Shown here: positions 26,650 through 39,600 of the stretch, in pieces | How positions within the stretch are numbered: the stretch's first letter is position 1 | How the letters are laid out: each line of letters begins with the position of its first letter | Source of the DNA: Camelus dromedarius | Lineage: Eukaryota | Length of the DNA: 64,000 nucleotides | Assembly (NCBI RefSeq): GCF_036321535.1 | Contig: NC_087436.1 | Span: 2,046,001 to 2,110,000 of the forward strand | Direction of reading: 5' to 3' | Translations under genes and position numbers: made by a program | Notes under the pieces: model-generated | Told to the model about the DNA's origin: nothing | The model's input: only the letters and a program-made list of their open reading frames with translations | Database searches by the model: none

Positions 26650-29600
26650 GTTCATCAAGCACAAAGGGAACGGGTTGCAGGAGAAACTTTTACTCTGGAT
26701 TCTCAGTCTGTTTCCTAGTGCCGGTTTGAAGTTTCTGCAGTTTTCAATGTAAAACCGAGTTGGAGCTAGTACCTCCCCATAAAAATGTATGGAGTGGAGT
26801 TTGCAACTGAAAAGAAACTTTGTGTTCCCAACAAGCTAGGTGAAGGACGGCTTTCACACACAATTATCTCTCAGAAATGAGCATATGGAGAGACGTTCGT
26901 TCATTTAGCACAAAGGGAACGGTTTGCAGGAGAAACTTTTACTCTGGATTCTCAGTCTGTTTCCTAGTGCCGGTTTGAAGTTCCTGCAGTTTTCTCTGTA
27001 AAATCGAGTTGGAGTTAGAACCTCCCCATATATATGTATAGATTGCAGTTTGCAAGTGAAAAGAAACATTGAGTTCCCAACAAGCTTGGTGAAGGACGGC
27101 ATTCACACACACTTATCTCTCAGAACTGAGCATGAGGAGAGACGTTCGTTCATCTAGCACAAAGGGAACGGGTTGCAGGAGAAACTTTTACTCTGGTTTC
27201 TCAGTCTGTTTCCTAGTGCCGGTTTGAGGTTCCAGCAGTTTTCACTGCAAAATAGTTTTGGAGCTAGTACCTCCCCATATATATGTATGGATTGGAGTTT
27301 GCAAGTGAAAAGAAACTTTGTGTTCCCAACAAGCTAGGTGAAGTATGGCTTTCAGACACACTTATCTCTCAGAACTGAGCATGTGGAGAGACGTTCGTTC
27401 ATCTAGCACAAAGGGAACGGGTTGCAGGAGAAACTTTTACTCTGGTTTCTCAGTCTGTTTCCTAGTGCCTATTTGAAGTTCCTGCAGTTTTCACTGTAAA
27501 ACCTAGTTGGGGCTAGTACCTCCCCATATATATTTATGGAGTGGAGTTTGCAACTGAAAAGAAACTTTGTGTTCCCAACAAGCTAGGTGAAGGACGGCTT
27601 TCACACACATTTTTCACTCAGAACTGAGCATGTGGAGAGACGTTCGTTCATCTAGCAAAATGGGAACGGGTTGCAGGAGAAACTTTTACTCTGGTTTCTC
27701 AGTCATTTTCCTACTGCCTTTTTGAAGTTCCTGCAGTTTTCACTGTAAAACCGAGTTGGAGCTATTACCTCCCCATATATATGTATGGAGTGGAGTTTGC
27801 AAGTGAAAAGAATGTTTGTGTTCCCAACAAGATAGGTGAAGGACGGCTTTCACACACACTTATCTCTCAGAACTGAGCATGTGGAGAGAAGTTCGTTCAT
27901 CTAGCACGAAGGGAACAGTTTGCAGGAGAAACTTTTTCACTGGTTTCTCAGTCTGTTTCCTACTGCCGGTTTGAAGTTCCTGCAGTTTTCACTGTAAAAC
28001 CGTGTTGGAGCTAGTAACTCCCCATAAATATGTATGGAGTGGAGTTTGCAACTCAAAACAATCTTTGTATTCCCAACAAGCTAGGTGAAAGACGGCTTTC
28101 CCACACATTTATCTCTCAGAACTGAGCATGTGGAGAGACGTTCGTTCATTTAGCACAAAGGGAACGGTTTGCAGGAGAAACTTTTATTCTGGTTTCTCAG
28201 TCTGTTTCCTAGTGCCGGTTTGAAGTTCCTGCAGTTTTCACTGTAAAATCGAGTTGGAGTTAGAACCTAACCATATATATTTATGGATTGCAGTTTGCAA
28301 GTGAAAAGAATCTTTGAGTTCCCAACAAGCTAGGTGAAGGACGGCTTTCACACACACTTATCTCTCAGAACTGAGCATGTGGAGAGACGTTCGTTCATCT
28401 AGCACAAAGGGGACGGTTTGCAGGAGGAAATTTTACTCTGGTTTCTCAGTCGGTTTCCTAGTGCCGGTTTGAAGTTCCTGCAGTTTTCACTGCAAAACCG
28501 AGTTGGAGCTAGTACATCCCCATATATATGTATGGATTGGAGTTTGCAAGTGAAAAGAAACATTGTGTTCCCAACAAGCTAGGTGAAGGACGGCTTTCAG
28601 ACACACTTATCCCTCAGAACTGAGCATGTGGAGAGACGTTCGTTCATCAAGCACAAAGGGAACGGGTTGCAGGAGAAACTTTTACTCTGGATTCTCAGTC
28701 TGTTTCCTAGTGCCGGTTTGAAGTTTCTGCAGTTTTCAATGTAAAACCGAGTTGGAGCTAGTACCTCCCCATAAAAATGTATGGAGTGGAGTTTGCAACT
28801 GAAAAGAAACTTTGTGTTCCCAACAAGCTAGGTGAAGGACGGCTTTCACACACAATTATCTCTCAGAAATGAGCATATGGAGAGACGTTCGTTCATTTAG
28901 CACAAAGGGAACGGTTTGCAGGAGAAACTTTTACTCTGGATTCTCAGTCTGTTTCCTAGTGCCGGTTTGAAGTTCCTGCAGTTTTCTCTGTAAAATCGAG
29001 TTGGAGTTAGAACCTCCCCATATATATGTATAGATTGCAGTTTGCAAGTGAAAAGAAACATTGAGTTCCCAACAAGCTTGGTGAAGGACGGCATTCACAC
29101 ACACTTATCTCTCAGAACTGAGCATGAGGAGAGACGTTCGTTCATCTAGCACAAAGGGAACGGGTTGCAGGAGAAACTTTTACTCTGGTTTCTCAGTCTG
29201 TTTCCTAGTGCCGGTTTGAGGTTCCAGCAGTTTTCACTGCAAAATAGTTTTGGAGCTAGTACCTCCCCATATATATGTATGGATTGGAGTTTGCAAGTGA
29301 AAAGAAACTTTGTGTTCCCAACAAGCTAGGTGAAGTATGGCTTTCAGACACACTTATCTCTCAGAACTGAGCATGTGGAGAGACGTTCGTTCATCTAGCA
29401 CAAAGGGAACGGGTTGCAGGAGAAACTTTTACTCTGGTTTCTCAGTCTGTTTCCTAGTGCCTATTTGAAGTTCCTGCAGTTTTCACTGTAAAACCTAGTT
29501 GGGGCTAGTACCTCCCCATATATATTTATGGAGTGGAGTTTGCAACTGAAAAGAAACTTTGTGTTCCCAACAAGCTAGGTGAAGGACGGCTTTCACACAC

Positions 29601-30699
29601 ATTTTTCACTCAGAACTGAGCATGTGGAGAGACGTTCGTTCATCTAGCAAAATGGGAACGGGTTGCAGGAGAAACTTTTACTCTGGTTTCTCAGTCATTT
29701 TCCTACTGCCTTTTTGAAGTTCCTGCAGTTTTCACTGTAAAACCGAGTTGGAGCTATTACCTCCCCATATATATGTATGGAGTGGAGTTTGCAAGTGAAA
29801 AGAATGTTTGTGTTCCCAACAAGATAGGTGAAGGACGGCTTTCACACACACTTATCTCTCAGAACTGAGCATGTGGAGAGAAGTTCGTTCATCTAGCACG
29901 AAGGGAACAGTTTGCAGGAGAAACTTTTTCACTGGTTTCTCAGTCTGTTTCCTACTGCCGGTTTGAAGTTCCTGCAGTTTTCACTGTAAAACCGTGTTGG
30001 AGCTACTAACTCCCCATAAATATGTATGGAGTGGAGTTTGCAACTCAAAACAATCTTTGTATTCCCAACAAGCTAGGTGAAAGACGGCTTTCCCACACAT
30101 TTATCTCTCAGAACTGAGCATGTGGAGAGACGTTCGTTCATTTAGCACAAAGGGAACGGTTTGCAGGAGAAACTTTTATTCTGGTTTCTCAGTCTGTTTC
30201 CTAGTGCCGGTTTGAAGTTCCTGCAGTTTTCACTGTAAAATCGAGTTGGAGTTAGAACCTAACCATATATATTTATGGATTGCAGTTTGCAAGTGAAAAG
30301 AATCTTTGAGTTCCCAACAAGCTAGGTGAAGGACGGCTTTCACACACACTTATCTCTCAGAACTGAGCATGTGGAGAGACGTTCGTTCATCTAGCACAAA
30401 GGGGACGGTTTGCAGGAGGAAATTTTACTCTGGTTTCTCAGTCGGTTTCCTAGTGCCGGTTTGAAGTTCCTGCAGTTTTCACTGCAAAACCGAGTTGGAG
30501 CTAGTACATCCCCATATATATGTATGGATTGGAGTTTGCAAGTGAAAAGAAACATTGTGTTCCCAACAAGCTAGGTGAAGGACGGCTTTCAGACACACTT
30601 ATCCCTCAGAACTGAGCATGTGGAGAGACGTTCGTTCATCAAGCACAAAGGGAACGGGTTGCAGGAGAAACTTTTACTCTGGATTCTCAGTCTGTTTCC
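26650..30699 (+). repeat. Near-identical tandem duplication of an 8-monomer unit (period 1992 bp)
   Basis: Identical ORFs 26905/28897. Private variants GAGGTTCCAGC, AAATAGTTTTGG, GTGCCTATTTG, GAACCTAACC and GGGGACGG are in both copies. Confidence 0.92.
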
Positions 30700-33600
30700 A
30701 AGTGCCGGTTTGAAGTTCCTGCAGTTTTCACTGTAAAACCGAGTTGGAGCTAGTACCTACCCGTATATATGTATGGAGTGGAGTTTGCAACTGAAAAGAA
30801 ACTTTGTTTTCCCAACAAGCTAGGTGAAGGACGGCTTTCACACACACTTATCTCTCAGAACTTAACATGTGGAGAGACTTTCGTTCATTTAGCACAAAGG
30901 AACGGGTTGCAAGAGTAACATTTACTCTGGAATCTCAGTCTGTTTCCTAGTGCCGTTTTGAAGTTCCTGCAGTTTTCACTGTAAAACGGAGTTGGAGCTA
31001 GTACCTCCCCATAAATATGTATGGAGTGGAGTTTGCAACTGAAAAGAAACTTTGTGTTCCCAACAAGTTAGTTGAAGGACGGCTTTCACACACACTTATC
31101 TCTCAGAACTGAGCATGTGGTGATACGATCGTGCATCAAGCACAAAGGGAACGGGTTGCAGGAGAAACTTTTACTCTGGATTCTCAGTCTGTTTCCTAGT
31201 GCCGGTTTGAAGTTCCTGCAGTTTTCACTGTAAAACCGAGTTGGAGCTAGTGCCACCCCATAAATATGTATGGAGTTGGGTTTGCAACTGAAAAGAAACT
31301 TTTTCTTCCCAACAATCTACGTGAAGGAGGGCTTTCACACACACTTATCTCTCAGAACTGAGCATGTGGAGAGACGTTCGTTCATCTAGCAAAAAGGGAA
31401 CGGGTTGCAGGAGAAACTTTTACTCTGGTTTCTCAGTCTTTTTCCTACTGCCGGTATGAAGTTCCTGCAGTTTTCACTGTAAAACCGAGTTGGATCTATT
31501 ACCTCCCCATAAATATGTATGGAGTGGGTTTTGCAACTGAAAAGAAACTTTGTTTTCCCAACAAGCTAGGAGAAGGAAGGCTTTCACACACACTTATCTC
31601 TCAGAACTGAGCATGTGGAGAGAAGTTCGTTCATCTGGAAAAAATGGAACGGTTTGCAGTAGAAACATTTACTCTGGTTTCTCAGTCTGTGTCCTAGTGC
31701 CGGTTTGAAGTTCGTGCAGTTTTCACTGTAAAACCGATTTGGAGCTAGTACCTCCCCATAAATATGTATGGAGTGGAGTTTGCAACTGAAAAGAAACTTT
31801 GTGTTCCCAACAAGCTATGTGAAGGACGGCTTTCACACACACTTATCTCTCCGAAATGAGCATGTGGAGAGAGGGTCGTTCATCAAGCACAAAGGGAACG
31901 GGTTGCAGGGGAAACTTTTACTCTGGATTCTCAGTCTATTTCCTAGTGCCGGTTTGAAGTTCCTGCAGTTTTCACTGTAAAACTGAGTTGGAGCTAGTAC
32001 CTCCCCATAAATATGTATGGATTGGAGTTTGCAACTGAAAAGAAACTTTGTGTTCCCAACAATCTAGTTGAAGGACGGCTTTCACACACACTTATCTCTC
32101 AGAACTGAGCATGTGGAGAGACGTTCATTCATCTAGCACAAAGGGAACGGGTTGCAGGAGAAACTTTTACTCTGGTTTCTCTGTCTGTTTCCTAGTGCCG
32201 GTTTGAACTTAATGCAGTTTTCAATGTAAAACCGAGTTGGAGCTAGTACCTCCCCATATATATGTATGCAGTGGAGTTTGCAACTGAAAAGAAACTTTGT
32301 GTTCCCAACAAGATAGGTGAAGGACGGCTTTCACACACACTTATCTCTCAGAACTGAGCATGTGGAGAGACGTTCGTTCATCAAACACAAATGGAACGGT
32401 TTGCAGCAGAAAATTTTACTCTGGTTTCTCAGACTGTTTCCTAGTGCCGGTTTGAAGTTCCTGCAGTTTTCACTGTAAAATCGATTTGGAGCTAGTACCT
32501 CCCCATATATATTTATGGAGTGGAGTTTGCAACTGAAAACAAACTTTGTGTTCCCAACAAGCTAGGTGAATTACGGCATTCACACACACTTATCTCTCAG
32601 AACTGAGCATGTGGAGAGACGTTCGTTCATCTAGCACAAAGGGAACGGTTTGCAGGGAAACTTTTACCTTGGTTTCTCAGTCTATTTCCTAGTGCCGGTA
32701 TGAAGTTCCTGCAGTTTTAACTGTAGAACCGAGTTGGAGCTAGTACCTCCCCATATATATATGGAGTGGAGTTTGCAACTGAAAAGGAACATTGTGTTCC
32801 CAACATGCTAGGTGAAGTTCGGCTTTCACACACACTTATCTTTCAGAACTGAGCATGTGGAGAGACGTTCGTTCATCTAGCACAAAGGGAACGGGTTGCA
32901 GTAGAAACTTTTACTCTGGTTTCTCAGTCTTTTTCCTAGTGCCGGTTTGAAGTTCCTGCAGTTTTCACTGTAAAACCGAGTTGGAGCTAGTACCTCCCCA
33001 TAAATATATATGGACTGGAGTTTGCAACTGAAAAGAAATTTTGTGTTCCCAACAAGCTAGGTGAAGGACGGCTTTCACACACACTTATCTCTCAGAACTG
33101 AGCATGAGGAGAGACGTTCGTTCATCTAGCACAAAGGGAACGGGTTGCAGGAGAAACTTTTACTCTGGTTTCTCAGTCTGTTTCCTAGTGCCGGTTTGAA
33201 GTTCCAGCAGTTTTCACTGCAAAATCGAGTTGGAGCTAGTACCTCCCCATATATATGTATGGATTGGAGTTTGCAAGTGAAAAGAAACTTTGTGTTCCCA
33301 ATAAGCAAGTTGAAGTATGGCTTTCAGACACACTTATCTCTCAGAACTGAGCATGTGGAGAGACGTTCATTCATCTAGCACAAAGGGAACGGGTTGCAAG
33401 AGAAACTTTTACTCTGGTTTCTCAGTCTGTTTCCTAGTGCCGATTTGAAGTTCCTGCAGTTTTCACTGTAAAACCGAGTTGGGGCTAGTACCTCCCCATG
33501 TATATGTATGGAGTGGAGTTTGCAACTGAAAAGAAACTTTGTGTTCCCAACAAGCTAGGTGAAGGACGGCTTTCACAGACATTTATCTCTCAGAACTGAG

Positions 33601-36600
33601 CATGTGGAGAGACGTTCGTTCATCTAGCAAAATGGGAACGGGTTGCAGGAGAAACTTTTACTCTGCTTTCTCAGTCTTTTTCCTACTGCCTTTTTGAAGT
33701 TCCTGCAGTTTTCACTGTAAAACCGAGTTGGAGCTATTACCTCCCCATATATATGTATGGAGTGGAGTTTGCAAGTGAAAAGAATGTTTGTGTTCCCAAC
33801 AAGATAGGTGAAGGACGGCTTTCACACACACTTATCTCTCAGAACTGAGCATGTGGAGAGACGTTCGTTCATTTAGCACAAAGGGAACGGTTTGCAGGAG
33901 AAACTTTTATTCTGGTTTCTCAGTCTGTTTCCTAGTGCCGGTTTGAAGTTCCTGCAGTTTTCACTGTAAAATCGAGTTGGAGTTAGAACCTACCCATATA
34001 TATTTATGGATTGCAGTTTGCAAGTGAAAAGAATCTTTGAGTTCCCAACAAGCTAGGTGAAGGACGGCTTTCACACACACTTATCTCTCAGAACTGAGCA
34101 TGTGGAGAGACGTTCGTTCATCTAGCACAAAGGGAACGGTTAGCTGGAGAAAATTTTACTCTGGTTTCTCAGTCGGTTTCCTAGTGCCGGTTTGAAGTTC
34201 CTGCAGTTTTCACTGCAAAACCGAGTTGGAGCTAGTACATCCCCATAAATATGTATGGATTGGAGTTAGCAAGTGTAAAGAAACATAGTGTTCCCAACAA
34301 GCTAGGTGAAGGACGGCTTTCAGACACAATTATCCCTCAGAACTGAGCATGTGGAGAGACGTTCGTTCATCAAGCACAAAGGGAACGGGTTGCAGGAGAA
34401 ACTTTTACTCTGGATTCTCAGTCTGTTTCTAAGTGCCGGTTTGAAGTTCCTGCATTTTTCACTGTAAAACAGAGTTGGAGCTAGTACCTACCCGTATATA
34501 TGTATGGAGTGGAGTTTGCAACTGAAAAGAAACTTTGTTTTCTCAACAAGCTAGGTGAAGGACGGCTTTCACACACACTTATCTCTCAGAACTTAACATG
34601 TGGAGAAACTTTCGTTCATTTAGAACAAAGGAACGGGTTGCAAGAGTAACATTTACTCTGGAATCTCAGTCTGTTTCCTAGTGCCGTTTTGAAGTTCCTG
34701 CAGTTTTCACTGTAAAACCGAGTTTGAGCTAGTACCTCCCCATATATATGTATGGAGTGGAGTTTGCAACTGAAAAGAAACTTTGTGTTCCCAACAAGAT
34801 AGTTGAAGGACGGCTTTCACACACACTTATCTCTCAGACTGAGCATGTGGAGAGACGATCGTTCATCAAGCACAAAGGGAACGGGTTGCAGGAGAAACTT
34901 TTACTCTGGATTCTCAGTCTGTTTCCTAGTGCCGGTTTGAAGTTCCTGCAGTTTTCACTGTAAAACCGAGTTGGAGCTAGTGCCTCCCCATAAATATTTA
35001 TGGAGTTGGGTTTGCAACTGAAAAGAAACTTTTTCTTCCCAACAATCTACGTGAAGGAGGGCTTTCACACACAATTATCTCTCAGAACTGAGCATGTGGA
35101 GAGAAGTTCGTTCATCTGGCAAAAATGGAACGGGTTGCAGGAGAAACTTTTACTCTGGTTTCTCAATCTTTATCCCACTGCCGGTTTGAAGTTCCTGCAG
35201 TTTTCACTGTAAAACCGAGTTGTAGCTATTACCTCCCCATAAATATGTATGGAGTGGAGTTTGCAACTGAAAAGAAACTTTGTGTTCCCAACAAGCTAGG
35301 TGAAGGACGGCATTCACACAAACTTATCTCTCAGAACTGAGCATGTGGAGAGACGTTCGTTCATTTGGCAGGAAGGGAAATGTTTGCAGGAGAAACTTTT
35401 ACTCTTGTTTCTCAGTATGTTTCCTTGTGCCGGTTTGAAGATCCTGCAGATTTCACTGTAAAACCGAGTTGGAGATTGTACCTCCCCATATATATCTATG
35501 GAGTGGAGTTTGCAACTGAAAAGAAACTTTGTGTTCCCAACAAGCTAGGTGAAGGACGGCTTTCACACACACTTATCTCTCAGAACTTAACATGTGGAGA
35601 GACGTTCGTTCATTTAGAACAAAGAACGGGTTGCAGGAGTAACATTTACTCTGGGTTCTCAGTCTGTTTCCTAGTACCGTATTGAAGTTCCTGCAGTTTT
35701 CACAGTAAAATAGAGTTGGAGCTAGTACCTCCCCATATATATGTATGGAGTGGAGTTTGCAACTGAAAAGAAACTTTGTGTTCCCAACAAGCTAGATGAA
35801 GGACGGCTTTCACACACACTTATCTCTCAGAAATTCACATGTGGAGAGACGTTCGTTCATTTAGCACAAAGGGAACGGTGTGCAGGAGTAAATATTACTC
35901 TGGAGTCTCAGTCTGTTTCCTAGTGCCGGTTTGAATTTCCTGCAGTTTTCACTGTAAAACCTAGTTGGAGCTAGTGCCTCCCCATAAATATGTATGGAGT
36001 GGAGTTTGCACCTGAAAAGAAACTTTGTGTTCCCAACAAGCTAGGTGAAGGATGGCTTTCACACACACTTATCTCTCAGAACTGAGCATTTGGAGAGACG
36101 TTCGTTCATCTAGCAAAAACGGAACGGGTTGCAGGAGAAACTTTTACTCTGGTTTCTCAGTATTTTTCCTAATGCCGGTTTGAAGTTCCTGCAGTTTTCA
36201 CTGTAAAACCGAGTTGGAGCTATTACCTCCCCATAAATATGTATGGAGTGGAGTTTGCAACTGAAAAGAAAGTTTGTTTTCCCAACAAGCTTGGTGAAGG
36301 ACGGCTTTCACACACACTTATCTCTCAGAACTGAGCATGTGGAGAGATGTTCGTTCATCTACCAAAAATGGAACGGGTTGCAGGAGAAACTTTTACTCTG
36401 GTTTCTCAGTCTTTTTCCTACTGCCAGTTTGAAGTTCCTGCAGTTTTCACTGTAAAAACGAGTTGTAGCTATTACCTCCCCATAAATATGTATGGAGTGG
36501 AGTTTGCAACTGAAAAGAAACTTTGTGTTCCCAACAAGCTAGGTGAAGTACGGCTTTCACACACACTTATCTCTCAGAACTGAGCATGTGGAAAGACGTT

Positions 36601-39600
36601 CGTTCATCTAGCAGGAATGGAACAGTTTGCAGGAGAAACTTTTACTCTGGTTTCTCAGTCTGTTTCCTAGTGCCGGTTTGAAGTTCCTGCAGTTTTCACT
36701 GTAAACACGAGTTGGAGCTAGAACCTCCCCATAAATATGTATGGAGTGTAGTTTGCAACTGAAAAGAATCTTTGTGTTCCCAAAAGCTAGGTTAAGGACG
36801 GCTTTCACACACACTTATCTCTGAGAACTTAACATGTGGAGAGACGTTCGTTCATTTAGCACAAAAGGAACGGTTTGCAGGAATAAATATTACTCTGGAA
36901 TCTCAGTCTGTTTCCTAGTGCCGGTTTGAAGTTCCTGCAGTTTTCACTGTAAAACCGAGTTGGAGCTAGTACTTCCCCATAAATATATATGGAGTGGAGT
37001 TTGCAACTGAAAAGAATCTTTGTATTCCCAAGTAGCTAGGTGAAGGACGGCTTTCACAAACACTTATCTCTGAACAGAGCATGAGGAGAGACGTTCGTTC
37101 ATCTAGCACAAATGGAACGGGTTGCAGGAGAAAGTTTTACTCTGGTTTCTCGGTCTGTTTCCTAGTGCCGGTTTGAAGTTCCTGCAGTTTTCACTGTAAA
37201 ACCGAGTTGGAGCTAGTAGCTCCCCATATATATGTATGGAGTGGAGTTTGCAACTGAAAAGAATCTTTGTGTTCCCAACAAGCTAGGTGAAGGACGGCTT
37301 TCACACACATTTTTCACTCAGAACTGAGCATGTGGAGAGACGTTCGTTCATCTAGCAAAATGGGAACGGGTTGCAGGAGAAACTTTTACTCTGGTTTCTC
37401 AGTCTTTTTCCTACTGCCTTTTTGAAGTTCCTGCAGTTTTCACTGTAAAACCGAGTTGGAGCTATTACCTCCCCATATATATGTATGGAGTGGAGTTTGC
37501 AAGTGAAAAGAATGTTTGTGTTCCCAACAAGATAGGTGAAGGACGGCTTTCACACACACTTATCTCTCAGAACTGAGCATGTGGAGAGAAGTTCGTTCAT
37601 CTAGCACGAAGGGAACAGTTTGCAGGAGAAACTTTTACACTGGTTTCTCAGTCTGTTTCCTAGTGCCGGTTTGAAGTTCCTGCAGTTTTCACTGTAAAAC
37701 CGAGTTGGAGCTAGTAACTCCCCATAAATATGTATGGAGTGGAGTTTGCAACTCAAAACAATCTTTGTATTCCCAACAAGCTAGGTGAAAGACGGCTTTC
37801 CCACACACTTATCTCTGAGAACTGAGCATGTGGAGAGACGTTCGTTCATTTAGCACAAAGGGAACGGTTTGCAGGAGAAACTTTTATTCTGGTTTCTCAG
37901 TCTGTTTCCTAGTGCCGGTTTGAAGTTCCTGCAGTTTTCACTGTAAAATCGAGTTGGAGTTAGAACCTACCCATATATATTTATGGATTGCAGTTTGCAA
38001 GTGAAAAGAATCTTTGAGTTCCCAACAAGCTAGGTGAAGGACGGCTTTCACACACACTTATCTCTCAGAACTGAGCATGTGGAGAGACGTTCGTTCATCT
38101 AGCACAAAGGGAACGGTTTGCAGGAGAAAATTTTACTCTGGTTTCTCAGTCGGTTTCCTAGTGCCGGTTTGAAGTTCCTGCAGTTTTCACTGCAAATCCG
38201 AGTTGGAGCTAGTACATCCCCATATATATGTATGGATTGGAGTTTGCAAGTGAAAAGAAACATTGTGTTCCCAACAAGCTAGGTGAAGGACGGCTTTCAG
38301 ACACACTTATCCCTCAGAACTGAGCATGTGGAGAGACGTTCGTTCATCAAGCACAAAGGGAACGGGTTGCAGGAGAAACTTTTACTCTGGATTCTCAGTC
38401 TGTTTCCAAGTGCCGGTTTGAAGTTCCTGCAGTTTTCACTGTAAAACCGAGTTGGAGCTAGTACCTACCCGTATATATGTATGGATTGGAGTTTGCAACT
38501 GAAAAGAAACTTTGTTTTCCCAACAAGCTAGGTGAAGGACGGCTTTCACACACACTTATCTCTCAGAACTTAACATGTGGAGAGACTTTCGTTCATTTAG
38601 CACAAAGGAACGGGTTGCAAGAGTAACATTTACTCTGGAATCTCAGTTTGTTTCCTAGTGCCGTTTTGAAGTTCCTGCAGTTTTCACTGTAAAACCGAGT
38701 TGGAGCTAGTACCTCCCCATAAATATGTATGGAGTGGAGTTTGCAACTGAAAAGAAGCTTTGTGTTCCCAACAAGTTAGTTGAAGGACGGCTTTCACACA
38801 CACTTATCTCTCAGAACTGAGCATGTGGTGAGACGATCTTTCATCAAGCACAAAGGGAACGGGTTGCAAGAGAAACTTTTACTCTGGATTCTCAGTCTGT
38901 TTCCTAGTGCCGGTTTGAAGTTCCTGCAGTTTTCACTGTAAAACCGATTTGTAGCTAGTGCCTCCCCATAAATATGTATGGAGTTGGGTTTGCAACTGAA
39001 AAGAACCTTTTTCTTCCCAACAATCTACGTGAAGGAGGGCTTTCACACACACTTATCTCTCAGAACTGAGCATGTGGAGAGACGTTCGTTCATCTAGCAA
39101 AAAGGGAACGGGTTGCAGGAGAAACTTTTACTCTGGTTTCTCAGTATTTTTCCTACTGCCGGTATGAAGTTCCTGCAGTTTTCACTGTAAAACCGAGTTG
39201 GATCTATTACCTCCCCATAAATATGTATGGAGTGGGTTTTGCAACTGAAAAGAAACTTTGTTTTCCCAACAAGCTAGGAGAAGGACGGCTTTCACACACA
39301 CTTATCTCTCAGAACTGAGCATGTGGAGAGAAGTTCGTTCATCTGGCAAAAATGGAACGGTATGCAGTAGAAACATTTACTCTGGTTTCTCAGTCTGTGT
39401 CCCAGTGCCGGTTTGAAGTTCGTGCAGTTTTCACTGTAAAACCGATTTGGAGCTAGTACCTCCCCATAAATATGTATGGAGTGGAGTTTGCAACTGAAAA
39501 GAAACTTTGTGTTCCCAACAAGCTATGTGAAGGACGGCTTTCACACACACTTATCTCTCCGAAATGAGCATGTGGAGAGAGGGTCGTTCATCAAGCACAA

